A DNA stretch of 64,000 bases from an uncultured Chloroflexia bacterium (GCA_963768035.1 CAVYGJ010000002.1:305453-369452), one strand, 5' to 3'; positions 39,764-49,941 are shown, counted from the first letter of the stretch. Made by a program: numbers and translations. Notes: generated by a model from the letters alone, not told the origin.

Positions 39764-40885
39764 ATGGCCGCTGAACGAGAACGCGACTTCTACGAGGTGC
39801 TCGGCGTCGAGCGCGGCGCCGACGATGCCGCGATCAAGCGCGCGTTCCGCAAGCTCGCGCAGCAGTGGCACCCGGACGTCAACACGAAGCCCGAGGCGCA
39901 GGAGCGGTTCAAGGAGGTCAACGAGGCCTACCAGGTCCTGAGCGACCCCCAGCGCCGGCAGCAGTACGACATGTTCGGTCGGGCCGGCGTCAACGGCGGC
40001 GGCCAGCCCGGGTTCGACGCCGCGGGCTTCGGCGGGTTCTCGGACATCTTCGACGCCTTCTTCGGCGGGGCGATGGGTGGCAACGCGCGGCGGGCGCGGC
40101 CGCAGACCGGCTCCGACCTCCGCTACGACCTCCGGATCACGTTCGACGAGGCCGTCCTCGGGACGGAGAAGGAGATCGAGTTCCCGGTCCTCGGCCGGTG
40201 CGACACCTGCAGCGGCAGCGGCGCGAAGCCCGGCACCGAGCCCATCGAGTGCCCGCAGTGCAAGGGCCGCGGCGAGGTCCGGAGCATCCGCCAGACGATG
40301 CTCGGCCAGATGGTGAGCGCCAGCCCCTGCCCGCGCTGCCGGGGCGAGGGCCGGATCGTCGAGACGCCCTGCGAGACGTGCCGCGGCGAGGGCCGGACGG
40401 AGCGCCGCCGGAGCATCCGGGTCTCGATCCCGGCCGGCATCGACGAGGGCCACCAGATCCGGCTCACGAACGAGGGCGAGGTCGGCCCGCGCGGCGGGGC
40501 CCCGGGCAGCCTCTACGTCGCGGTCCACGTCGCGGACCACCCGGAGCTCACCCGCGAGGGCACGGAGCTCTACTACGAGGCCGAGCTGTCGATCGCGCAG
40601 GCCGCGCTCGGGACGAGGATCCTCGTCCCCACCGTCGAGGGCGACGGCACCGAGGTCGAGATCAAGCCGGGCACGCAGCCGGGCACGGAGATCCGCCTCC
40701 GCGGACGGGGCGTGCCGCACCTCCGCCGGTCGTCGTCGCGCGGCGACCTCCACGTGATCGCCAACGTCAACGTCCCGACGAAGCTGACGAAGAAGCAGCG
40801 CGAGCTGCTCGAGGCGTTCGCGAAGGAGTCGGGCGACACGATCGCCGAGCACCAGGGCCTGCGCGAGAAGCTGGGCCTCGGGTGA
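39764..40885 (+). CDS. dnaJ: co-chaperone DnaJ
   Basis: J domain DFYEVLGVERGADDAAIKRAFRKLAQQWHPDVN, a G/F region and four CxxCxGxG zinc-finger repeats. TACACT 9 nt upstream of the ATG. Confidence 0.97.
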   Translation: MAAERERDFYEVLGVERGADDAAIKRAFRKLAQQWHPDVNTKPEAQERFKEVNEAYQVLSDPQRRQQYDMFGRAGVNGGGQPGFDAAGFGGFSDIFDAFFGGAMGGNARRARPQTGSDLRYDLRITFDEAVLGTEKEIEFPVLGRCDTCSGSGAKPGTEPIECPQCKGRGEVRSIRQTMLGQMVSASPCPRCRGEGRIVETPCETCRGEGRTERRRSIRVSIPAGIDEGHQIRLTNEGEVGPRGGAPGSLYVAVHVADHPELTREGTELYYEAELSIAQAALGTRILVPTVEGDGTEVEIKPGTQPGTEIRLRGRGVPHLRRSSSRGDLHVIANVNVPTKLTKKQRELLEAFAKESGDTIAEHQGLREKLGLG

Positions 40886-41920
40886 CGGGCGGCGCGCCCG
40901 ACGGCGAGCCTGCGGACGAGCCTCGAGCACGACCCGCTCGCGGGCGTCGACCTCGCGGCCGCGGCCGCGACCCCCGGCGCGTGGCTCGAGCTCGCCGTCT
41001 CCGCTGACCACGAGGCCGTCGAGGCCGTGTCCGAGATCCTCTCGCGGGCCGCGCCCGGCGGGACGTCCGTGGAGCCCGCGTTCGAGCTCGTGGAGGAGGG
41101 CCTCGCGGCGCGCGTGGACCTCGAGCGACCGGCCCAGGTGCGCGCCCACCTCCCGCTCCTCGACGTCGATGCCGTCCGCGCCGCCGTCGCGCGCGCCGAC
41201 CGCGAGCTCGGCCATCTCCAGGCCTTCGGGCTGCGGCCGATCGGCGACCTGACGACGCGCGTCGTCCACGAGGAGGACTGGGCGAACGCCTGGAAGGCGC
41301 ACTTCCCGGTCCTGCGGGTCGGCCGCCGGATCGTGATCCGGCCGACGTGGCGCCGCCACAAGCGCCAGCCGGACGACGTCGTCCTCGCGCTCGACCCGGG
41401 CATGGCGTTCGGCACCGGGCTCCACCCGACGACGCGGCTGTGCCTCGCCGCCCTCGAGTCGCTCGCGGATCGCGGGATCCTGCAGACGGGCGGCGCGGAT
41501 GGCGGACCGGCCCGCGTGCTCGACGTCGGCTCGGGCTCCGGGATCCTGTCGATCGCCGCCGGGCTGCTCGGGGCGGGGTCCGTGCTCGCCGTGGACGTGG
41601 ACCCGATCGCGGTCGAGGCCTCGGCCTCCAACGCGGCGCGCAACAAGCTCGGGCGCGTGATCACGTCGAGGGAGGGGAGCGCGCCCAGCGGCGAGGGACC
41701 GTTCGACGTCGTCCTGGCCAACCTCATCGCGTCGCTGCTCGTCCGGCTCGCGGACGGCCTCGTCGAGGACCTGCGGCCCGGCGGCACGCTGCTCGCGTCC
41801 GGGATCTTCGAGAACCGCGAGGCCGACGTCGTCGAGGCGTTCACCGCGCGGGGCCTGCGGATCGCGCAGCGCTGGGCCGAGGGCGAGTGGGTGGCGCTCG
41901 AGGTCGTCCGGCCCGACTGA
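40882..41920 (+). CDS. prmA: ribosomal protein L11 methyltransferase PrmA; N-terminal start inferred, probable frame break about 40900-40960
   Basis: ...AWLELAVSADHEAVEAVSEIL...EDWANAWKAHFPVLRVGRRIVIRP...LDPGMAFGTGLHPTT...VLDVGSGSGILSIAA. The conserved N-terminus lies upstream of the first in-frame start (GTG 41027) and has no ATG/GTG/TTG. GTG 40882 (GTGA overlap with dnaJ) is in another frame. Confidence 0.8.
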
Positions 41921-41955
41921 GCAGACGCGCCCGCTGCGATACGATCGCGCCGACG

Positions 41956-42486
41956 GTGCCGCACCCCACGCGCCCGGCTCCCGAACCAGCCGACGAGATG
42001 CCCGACCTGTCGCAGTCCTTCCCCCTGATCCTCGGCACGCACATCACCCTGGCGATCGCGCTCTTCGTGCCCAGCCTCCTGCTGCCGTTCACGCTCCGCA
42101 ACCGGCTCGTGAACCGGGGCTACGACGCGCCGGAGCCCAGCGGCTTCGTGCGGCTGCTGCTGTGGATCCAGGCGCACGGCACGATCGTGATCGGCGCCGG
42201 CCTCGCGCTGACCGGGATCGCGATGCTCACCGTCCTCGGGCCGCGGATGCTCGAGCAGCCGTGGCTCCTCGTCAGCCTCGCGACGTACGCGGTCACCGCG
42301 GTCGTCGCCTTCGGCTTCCAGCGCCCTTCGCTGCGACGGCTCGTCCGGCGCGACGGGATCGAGTCCGATGCCGACCGCGAGGCGTGGCGAGCCCGCGCCC
42401 GCCGCCAGCGCTACATCGCCTACGCGATCACGACCGCGGTCGGGTTCATCGCGTTCATGATGTCGACCAAGCCGGTGCTCTGGTGA
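41956..42486 (+). CDS. integral membrane protein (four TM, DUF2269-like), unknown function
   Basis: ...SFPLILGTHITLAIALFVPSLLLPF...LLLWIQAHGTIVIGAGLALTG... GTG 41956 is 10 nt after TACGAT; ATG 41998 is an alternative start. Confidence 0.5.
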   Translation: MPHPTRPAPEPADEMPDLSQSFPLILGTHITLAIALFVPSLLLPFTLRNRLVNRGYDAPEPSGFVRLLLWIQAHGTIVIGAGLALTGIAMLTVLGPRMLEQPWLLVSLATYAVTAVVAFGFQRPSLRRLVRRDGIESDADREAWRARARRQRYIAYAITTAVGFIAFMMSTKPVLW

Positions 42487-43962
42487 TGGGCACGATGTCG
42501 CCGGCCCGGCCGCGGACGGCGGCGATCGTCAACCTCGGCTGCAAGGTCAACCAGTCCGAGATGGAGGCCGCGGCGCGGCTGCTGCGCGAGGCGTCCGTCC
42601 CGCTCGTGGACCCGGACGGGGCCGCGGACCTCGTCCTCGTGAACACCTGCACGGTGACGGCGACCGCGGACGAGAAGTCGCGTGCGGCCGTCCGGCGCGC
42701 GCGCCGCGCGAACCCCGACGCCGAGATCGTCGTGACCGGCTGCTCGGTGCAGGTGGGGCCCGAGGCGTTCGCGGCGGTCGATGGCGCGGCGCGTCTGGTG
42801 GGCAACGAGGACAAGGCCGCGTTCCTCGCGGAGCTCGAGGGGCTGCTGCGGCTGCCCGGTGATGCTGCCGGCGTCCCGCTGCCGACGCTCTCGGGCGTCG
42901 AGGCAGTGGTCGCCACGCCGATCGACGGCATCGCCGACGACCGCGCGTCGGTGGAGCGGACCCGGGCGTTCGTCAAGGTCCAGGACGGCTGCTCGTTCTA
43001 CTGCACGTACTGCATCATCCCGCGGGCCCGCGGCGCCGAGCGGAGCCTCGCGCCGGAGGCCGTGCTCGCGGACGTGCGCCGGGCGCTCGCCGCCGGGCAC
43101 CGCGAGATCGTGCTCACGGGGATCAACATCGGCACGTACGACGGCGGCCGGTCCGAGCGCGGCCCGCGCGGGAGCCACGTCCGGAGCGCGATGACGCTCG
43201 CCGGGCTCGTGCGGCTGCTCCTCGCCGAGACGCCGGTGGAGCGGATCCGCCTCAGCTCGATCGAGCCGCAGCACGTGGACGACGAGCTGCTCGCGGCGTG
43301 GGTCGACGGCGGGCCGCGGACGCTGCCGCACCTCCACCTGCCGCTCCAGTCGGGCGACGACGGCGTGCTCCGCCGGATGGGCCGGCGCTACCTCACGGCG
43401 GACTACGCGCGAGTGGTCGCCCGGGCGCGCGCCGCGATCCCCGGCGTCGCGATCCACGCGGACGTCATCGCCGGCTTCCCGACCGAGGACGCCGCCGCGC
43501 ACGAGCGCTCCGTCGCGTTCATCCGCTCGCTCGACCCGGCCGGGCTCCACGTCTTCCGCTACTCGGCGCGTCCCGGGACGCCCGCGACGCGCATGGCGGG
43601 GCACGTCGAGGAGCGCACGAAGCGGTCGCGGGCGGCCGACCTGCTGGCGCTCGGCGCGGAGGCGAAGGCGTCGTTCGCGCGGCGGTCGGTTGGGACGGTG
43701 ACGCGGGTGCTCATCGAGCAGCGGCTCCCGGACGGCCGATGGGTGGGCCACTCGGAGGATCACGTCCTCGTGGCGGTTGCCGGGCGCGCGGGCGATCCCG
43801 TAGACCTCGAGAACGTGATCGTGACGGTGCGTCGAGCCGCCGTGGACGTCACGGCACGCGGACCGCGTGACAGGCGAGATCGTCGCGCTCGATCCCGCGC
43901 CGCGCCGGCTGCGGGCCGCGCTCCCGGTGCTCGCGCCAGCCGCGACGGCCTCGCACGGCTAG
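42486..43962 (+). CDS. mtaB: tRNA (ms2t6A37) methylthiotransferase MtaB; probable frame break near 43853 (the uncorrected frame stops at 44036)
   Basis: ...AAIVNLGCKVNQSEME...VNTCTVT...VQDGCSFYCTYCIIPRARG (radical SAM)...LHLPLQSGDD... The last roughly 60 aa of the listed frame are Arg/Ser/Pro junk. The +1 frame reads HADRVTGEIVALDPAPRRLRAALPVLAPAATASHG, ending at TAG 43960-43962. Confidence 0.88.
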
Positions 43963-43974
43963 CGTCACCCTCGG

Positions 43975-44104
43975 ATCGCCCAGCGTTCCAAGCAGCGCCC
44001 GCCGACGACGTTCGGAACGCCCCGCGAGCCACCTGACCCGGTTCGGCGCCGGTTGGAACACGGCCTGTTCCAAGCGACCCCATCGGCCGCCGTTTGGAAC
44101 GCCC
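43975..44104. repeat. imperfect tandem duplication of about 82 bp carrying TTCCAA/TTGGAA inverted half-sites
   Basis: GTTCCAAGC at 43985 and 44067. GTTYGGAACGCCC at 44010 and 44092. TTGGAAC (44053-44059) and GTTCCAA (44067-44073) form a 7-bp inverted repeat with a 7-nt spacer. Confidence 0.65.
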
Positions 44105-44148
44105 GGAGATCCACGAGCCGAGCGGGGCAGGCAGGGTACGCTGCGCCC

Positions 44149-44493
44149 ATGTCCGATGACTGCCTGTTCTGCCGCATCGTCGCGGGCGAGATCCCCTCGA
44201 CCCGGCTCCACGAGGACGACCTCGTGGTCGCGATCCGGGACATCGACCCGCAGGCGCCCACCCACGTCCTCGTGCTCCCGAAGGCCCACATCGCCTCGGC
44301 CGCCGATCTCACGGACGCGGACGGCCCGCTCCTCGGACGGCTCTTCGAGGTCGCGGCGACCCTCGCACGGCAGGAAGGCCTCGACGGCGGCTGGCGGCTC
44401 GTGACCAACGTCGGCGACGACGGCGGGCAGACCGTGGACCACCTCCACGTCCATCTCCTCGGCGGCCGGCCGATGACCTGGCCGCCCGGATGA
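44149..44493 (+). CDS. HIT-family (Hint-like) nucleotide hydrolase
   Basis: MSDDCLFCRIVAGEIPS...HVLVLPKAHI...VDHLHVHLLGG histidine triad. TACGCT 6 nt upstream of the ATG. Confidence 0.9.
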   Translation: MSDDCLFCRIVAGEIPSTRLHEDDLVVAIRDIDPQAPTHVLVLPKAHIASAADLTDADGPLLGRLFEVAATLARQEGLDGGWRLVTNVGDDGGQTVDHLHVHLLGGRPMTWPPG

Positions 44494-45086
44494 CGACGGC
44501 GCCCGTTCCCGGCAGCGGCGCGACGACCGGCGACGACACCCCGCGCGCCGGTGGCCCGCCCGGCTGGTTCATCCTGATCGCGGTCGGGAGCCTCGCCGTG
44601 GGTGCCGTCATCGTCCTGCTCGGCGCGCTCGGGATCACGATCATCAAGCCCTCGCCGGCCCCGACGCTCGCCCCGACGGGCCAGGCCGCGGAACGCACCT
44701 GGAACGAGGTATCGGCGGCGCTCCAGGCGCAGCGGTTCCAGGTCGTCGAACCGCAGAACCCGTTCCGGCCCGGCGAGACCGCGGAGCTGCTCCAGGTCCC
44801 GCGCAGGCTCCTCCAGACCGTGCTCCCCGACAGCCCGGAGGACGGCTACGTCGTCGTCTACGAGCTGCCGTCGAACAACGACGCCGAGCGCGCCGGCCGC
44901 GACCTCGCGACGTACGTCGCCTCGGGACCCGGCGCCGTCCAGTACCCGCGCGACACGCAGTTCACGATCAGGCGCGTCGGCCAGACGCTCGTGTTCTTCT
45001 CGTACTCGCCCGAGGCGAACCCGGACCCCGCGCTGCCGCAGATGGCCGCGGTCCTGGAGACGCTCGGGACGCCGCTGACGCCCTGA
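44490..45086 (+). CDS. membrane-anchored protein of unknown function
   Basis: ATGA overlap with the HIT gene. Single TM (WFILIAVGSLAVGAVIVLLGALGI), then a roughly 130-aa soluble domain. No motif recognised. Confidence 0.45.
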   Translation: MTTAPVPGSGATTGDDTPRAGGPPGWFILIAVGSLAVGAVIVLLGALGITIIKPSPAPTLAPTGQAAERTWNEVSAALQAQRFQVVEPQNPFRPGETAELLQVPRRLLQTVLPDSPEDGYVVVYELPSNNDAERAGRDLATYVASGPGAVQYPRDTQFTIRRVGQTLVFFSYSPEANPDPALPQMAAVLETLGTPLTP

Positions 45087-45105
45087 GCGCGGCTATGCTC
45101 CGCGC

Positions 45106-45561
45106 ATGAGCGAGACCTTCCGCGCCACGATCCAGCAGACCGGCAAGACCACGTGCGGCATCGAGGTGCCCGAGGCGGTCATCACGGCCCTCGGCGGCTC
45201 GAAGCGGCCGGCGGTGTCGGTGACGCTCAACGACTACACGTACCGGAGCACCGTCGCGCCCATGGGCGGCGGCTGGTGGGTCGGCGTCAACGCGGACCAT
45301 CGCGAGGCGTCGGGCCTCAGGGGCGGCGACGAGGTCCAGGTGACGCTCGCGCTCGACACCGCGCCGCGCGAGATCGAGGTCCCGCCGGAGCTCGCCGCCG
45401 CGCTCGACGCGGACCCGGCCGCCAAGGCGTTCTTCGACGGGCTCTCGTACAGCAACAAGTCGGTGTTCACGCTCAACGTCGCCGGGACGAAGAACCCCGA
45501 GACGAAGGCGCGCCGCGTCGAGCAGGCGATCGCGAAGATGCGCGAGGGCCGCGTCCGCTAG
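45106..45561 (+). CDS. DUF1905 / YdeI-like family protein
   Basis: MSETFRATIQQTGKTTCGIEVPEAVITALGGSKRPAVSVTLNDYTYRSTVAPMGG... followed by ...AKAFFDGLSYSNKSVFTLNVAGTKNPETKARRVEQAI. TATGCT 6 nt upstream of the ATG. Confidence 0.55.
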   Translation: MSETFRATIQQTGKTTCGIEVPEAVITALGGSKRPAVSVTLNDYTYRSTVAPMGGGWWVGVNADHREASGLRGGDEVQVTLALDTAPREIEVPPELAAALDADPAAKAFFDGLSYSNKSVFTLNVAGTKNPETKARRVEQAIAKMREGRVR

Positions 45562-45568
45562 GCCGCGA

Positions 45569-46307
45569 TCAGTCGCAGCGCGGCGTCGTGCACAGCTCGA
45601 GGCCGAGCTGCTCCAGACCCTCGGCGAGCGGCGTGAAGCCGAGCGCGCCACCGAAGCTCCGGCTGGCGACGCCGCCCGGCAGCCCGCGGACGAGGACCGC
45701 GCCGCCGAATCGCCCGAGTTGACCTGGACGCGGGCCGCGATCATGCACGGGAAGTACATCCCGTCCTCGGGAAGTCGTTCGATCCCTTCTCGGCGACCGC
45801 GCCGGAGCGGAACAGGCCCTGGCCGTTGATCTCGACGGCATCCCCGATCGCGACGTCCTCGCAGCGCAGCGGCTTCGTCCCCGGCGCGAGCTCGCGGTAG
45901 CCACCGGCACCCATGTCGACGAGGTTGAGCCGACCCCACGGGATCCTGTCCGCCGCGACGACGAGGTAGGTCATGTCGGACGCCGAGCACGTCTTGCCCG
46001 GCCGGTCGCAGGTCGCCGCCCGCGCCGGGGGGCCGAACACGCCGCGGACCCCGGTGCCATCCGGGTCGGTGGCGACCGTGCCCTCCGCGGTGCAGTGGCC
46101 GGTCGACGTGAGCACGATCGTGTCGCCTCGACGCGCGTAGAAGCCTCCCGAGCACTCGTGAAACAGCGGCTGGCCGGCGAGGACCGGCGGGTCGTAGAGG
46201 TCCGTGGTCCGCGGGCCGTAGACGTGCGTGGCCCGGAAGTCCCAGAGCCGGCCGGTGACGAGGATGACGGCGACCACGACGATCCCCAGCGCACAGGACG
46301 GCGGCAA
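45569..46307 (-). CDS. secreted S1-family (chymotrypsin-fold) serine protease; two frame breaks (about 45769 and 45700)
   Basis: TTG start 12 nt after the upstream ligase stop. TM/signal segment, catalytic His context TSTGHCTAEG. After two frame switches it reads ...EDGMYFPCMIAARVQVNSGDSGGAVLVRG... (GDSGG catalytic Ser), ending ...LELCTTPRCD. Confidence 0.65.
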
Positions 46308-46319
46308 CGCGCCGCGTCG

Positions 46320-47984
46320 TCAGCCTGATGCCGCCGCTCCTTCGGTCACCGGCAGGGCCGCCTCGTCGGTCGCCCAGGCGCGGACCTTGTCGCGCTTGAC
46401 CTTGAGCGTGTGGGTCCGCGGGAAGTCCGCCTCGGGCCACATGCGCCAGCCCGCGATCCGCTGGCTCGGGCCGAGGGCGGCGTTGGCCGCCTTGAGCGCG
46501 GCGTCGATCGTTGCCCGAACCTCGTCGGTCAGCTCCGGCGCGGGCGTGTCCGCGTTGGCGGCCGGCCCGCCGCCCGGGCCGAGCACGATCGCCTCGATCC
46601 GCCCGGGTCGCGTCTCGAGCGCAACCGAGTCGCGGATGCCGGCGACGCGGAGGGCGTTCTCGAGATCCTCGGGGTACACGTTGAACCCGTTGGGCAGGAC
46701 GATGATGTCCTTGCTCCGCCCATGGAGGTGGAGCCGGCCCTGCTCGTCGAGCTGGCCGAGGTCGCCGCTCTTGTACCAGCCGTCGTCGGTATAGGCGGCG
46801 GCCGTGGCCTCGGGGTTGTTCCAGTAGCCCTTGAACAGCGTCGGGCCGCGGAACTGGATCTCGCCGTCGGCCGCGATCCGCATCTCCACGGGGGCAGGCG
46901 GCCAGCCGACGCAGCCCAGCGGGTGGCTGGCCATCGTCGTGCACGAGCCGGCGGCGGTCTCGGTCGCGCCGTAGCCCTGGAGCACGATCACGCCCATGTC
47001 CTCCCACGCCTGCTGGAGCGCGGGCGGCAGGAACGCGCCGGCCGTCGCGAACAGGCGCAGCCCACCGCCGAGCTGCTTGTGGACGTTGCGGAACACGAGG
47101 CGCCGCGCCCGGTAGGGGAGGTAGCGCGCGACGCGGCGCAGGCGCCCGAACGTCGCCGTGCGGCCCTGCTTCTCGACCTCGCGCTCGATCGCGCTCCAGA
47201 ACAGGTCCAGGACCTGGGGGACGAGGAGCATCGTGGTGACCCGGTGCTCGCGGAGGCTGTCGAAGATGACCCGCGGGTTGCGCGACCGGACGTAGAGGAT
47301 GTCGGCCCCGACGTCCATCGCGTAGAACAGGCTCACGGCCTGCTCCAGCGAGTGCGAGAGGGGGAGCAGCGACACCAGCCGGTGCTCCATCGGCTCGATG
47401 ATCCGGTGGAACGAGCTGACGCCCGCGAGCACGTTGTCGTGGGCGAGCATCACGCCCTTGGGGTTGCCGGTCGTGCCGCTCGTGAACACGAGCTGGAAGA
47501 CCTCGTCCGTGCGCGGTCGCTCCCAGGCCGCGACCTGTGCCTCCCAGTCGGGCGGGAAGGTGTCGTCGGGCTCCTCGCTGAGCGAGTCGATCGTGGTCGT
47601 GGGGAAGGACCCGAGGCCCACCTCGCCCGGATCGGGCGCGTCGCGGCCCGTGCCGAGGAGGAGCCGGACCGCGCCCGACGCCGAGATGATGTTCGTGATC
47701 GCGTCCGCGCTCATCCGCGAGTCCAGCGGGACGTAGATGAGCCGGGCGTACATCGCGCCGAAGTACGCGGCGGGGAGCGCCGGCGTCGACGGGCTCCAGG
47801 TCAGCACGCGGTCACCGGGCTGCAGGCCGAGCGCCCGGAGCCGCCACGCGGCGAGGCGCGCCCGACGCTGGACCTCGGGGTACGACCAGTGGAACCTCGA
47901 GCCGTCGTCGCCCCGGAGGCCGAGCGCGTTGCGCCCCGCAAACCGGGTCGCGGTGCCCTCGAGGAGGTCGAGCAGGGTCTCCAT
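46320..47984 (-). CDS. AMP-dependent acyl-CoA synthetase (long-chain-fatty-acid-CoA ligase-like)
   Basis: 554-aa ORF. FTSGTTGNPKG, QGYGATET, YKSGDLG, HTLKVKRDKV. TAGGAT 9 nt upstream of the ATG. Confidence 0.85.
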   Translation of the reverse strand: METLLDLLEGTATRFAGRNALGLRGDDGSRFHWSYPEVQRRARLAAWRLRALGLQPGDRVLTWSPSTPALPAAYFGAMYARLIYVPLDSRMSADAITNIISASGAVRLLLGTGRDAPDPGEVGLGSFPTTTIDSLSEEPDDTFPPDWEAQVAAWERPRTDEVFQLVFTSGTTGNPKGVMLAHDNVLAGVSSFHRIIEPMEHRLVSLLPLSHSLEQAVSLFYAMDVGADILYVRSRNPRVIFDSLREHRVTTMLLVPQVLDLFWSAIEREVEKQGRTATFGRLRRVARYLPYRARRLVFRNVHKQLGGGLRLFATAGAFLPPALQQAWEDMGVIVLQGYGATETAAGSCTTMASHPLGCVGWPPAPVEMRIAADGEIQFRGPTLFKGYWNNPEATAAAYTDDGWYKSGDLGQLDEQGRLHLHGRSKDIIVLPNGFNVYPEDLENALRVAGIRDSVALETRPGRIEAIVLGPGGGPAANADTPAPELTDEVRATIDAALKAANAALGPSQRIAGWRMWPEADFPRTHTLKVKRDKVRAWATDEAALPVTEGAAASG

Positions 47985-48366
47985 GTGCGGTCGATCCTAC
48001 GGTGGCGGGGGAGCGGCCGTACGCAAACCGACGGACAACCCTGAACGCCACGTTCACACGGCGTTCACGGACGGGGGCGAGGCTACGGGTGTCACGGCAC
48101 TCCCTCCAGCGACGGGACGCTCCTCCCCGGCGCTGCTCGCTCCTCCGGCCGGGGCGGTCCATCGCGGGCCGTCCCGGTTCGTCGATTCCGGCCCGGACTC
48201 TACAGTTCCGCGCCGCAACGAGATATGCCAACCGGGACTCGTCTGATACGTGCGAGGTCCCCGCCACACAACCGCCGATGCCACAGCCGACTGAAACGTC
48301 CCGCGACGCGACCGTAGAGTCCGCCCTGGAATGAGGGGCGTGCGGGACGCCGGAGCCGACGACCGC

Positions 48367-49048
48367 TCAGTCGCCCGCCGGTGCCTTCGGCCGCGTGAGC
48401 AACGCGAACAGCGCGATCACGCCGATCCCGGCGAGGAACCCACCGAGGACGTCGCTCGGGTAGTGCGCGTTGATCGACACCCGCGCCACGGCCACGGCTG
48501 CCACGAACAGGATCGTGAACACGAGCATCGCGATCTTGATCCAGCGGTCGACGCCGCTCCGCCAGGTGATCAGCGTCAGGATCCCGAAGATCGTGAGCAC
48601 CTCGAGCGTGTGCCCGGACGGGTAGCTGTAGACCACCCCCGGGACGACGGTGTCGCTGCCCGGCGGTCGCGGCCGGTGGATCAGCTGCTTGACGCCCTCG
48701 CTGCCCGCGGTCGCGGCGGCGAGCACGAAGAACACGGCGATCGCGTCGCGCCGCCGATGGGCGAGGAACAGCATCGCGACGATGCCCAGCCCGATCGCGA
48801 CGAGCGGGAAGTTGGCGCTCTCCGAGAGGAAGTTCCACGCGAACTTGTCGACGGCATACGGCTTCGCGAGCGCCATCAGCGGCTCGTCGAACGGGATCGT
48901 CTGGTGCATCGCGAGCAGCGCAGTGAGGATCACGAACCCGCTGATGCCGACGACGGCCGCGACCACCCAGGCGATCGTCGAGGCACGCCGCCCGGCGTCG
49001 TCGTCCGTGAGCCGCTGCCGTCCCGAGCGGCGTCTCCCGCGCGCTCAC
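48367..49048 (-). CDS. PAP2-family lipid phosphatase (copy a); start inferred, probable frame break about 49000-49040
   Basis: PAP2 motifs KQLIHRPRPPG / YPSGHT / ARVSINAHYPSDV. The first in-frame start is GTG 48966. GTG 49048 (GTGA overlap with the kinase stop) is in another frame. Confidence 0.8.
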
Positions 49049-49941
49049 TTCGGCACCAGCACGATCAGCGCCTTCGCGTCGACCTTGATCGAGACCGGCG
49101 TCGAGCCGATGACACTCCCGTCAACCTCCACGAGTCGACCGGGCTCCGTCTCGATCTCGATCTCCCGCGCCTGCGTCCGGAACACGCGCCCGCTGTCGGT
49201 GCTGCCGAGGTCCTCCTGGACCATGGCGTCCCACCCGGCGAGGAGGGCCGGGAGCGCGCCCGACGCCCGCACGACGATGACGTCGAGCTTGCCGTCGTCG
49301 GGCCGGATCTTCCGCCGCGGCGCCACGATCGGCAGCATCTTTCCCTGGTTGGCCACGAACACCTGGGACGCCTCCGTCTCCATCCGCGTCCCGTCGATCG
49401 TGAGGACGTGCTTCACGGCATGCAGCTCGTCGGCCTGGCCGACCGCGTTGGCGAGGTACGCGAGCTTCCCCCAGCGCAGCTTCTGCGGCGGGGTCGTCTT
49501 GTCCATGACCTCGGCGTCGTAGCCGATGCCGCAGGCGACGGTGAAGCAGCGCTCGGTGCCGTCGACCGTGATCCGCCCGACGTCGATCCGCCGCCGCCGC
49601 TTGCCGAGGATCGTCTTCACGGCATCGGCCGGCTTCTTCGGAATGTCCAGGTTCCCCGCCAGCAGGTTGCCGGTGCCGAGCGGGATGATCCCGAGCGCCG
49701 TCTTCGAGCCGGCGAGCGCCGTCGCGACCTGGAGCACGCCGCCGTCGCCGCCGACCGCCACCACGACGTCGATCCCGTGCGCGGCCGCATCGCCGGCATG
49801 CTTCCGCAGGGCCTTCTTGCGCTTGACCACGCGGTCCTCGACCGTCCAGCCGGCGGCGCGCAGCGCCTTGCTCGTCTCGTCGACGTGGAGCGCGACCTCG
49901 CGGCCCTTGCGCCAGCGGCCGATGACCAGGGCGCGGGTCAT
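49045..49941 (-). CDS. diacylglycerol/lipid kinase (YegS/BmrU family)
   Basis: MTRALVIGRW...DVVVAVGGDGGVLQVA...LGIIPLGTGNLLA... ATGA overlap with the upstream gene. Confidence 0.85.
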   Translation of the reverse strand: MTRALVIGRWRKGREVALHVDETSKALRAAGWTVEDRVVKRKKALRKHAGDAAAHGIDVVVAVGGDGGVLQVATALAGSKTALGIIPLGTGNLLAGNLDIPKKPADAVKTILGKRRRRIDVGRITVDGTERCFTVACGIGYDAEVMDKTTPPQKLRWGKLAYLANAVGQADELHAVKHVLTIDGTRMETEASQVFVANQGKMLPIVAPRRKIRPDDGKLDVIVVRASGALPALLAGWDAMVQEDLGSTDSGRVFRTQAREIEIETEPGRLVEVDGSVIGSTPVSIKVDAKALIVLVPK

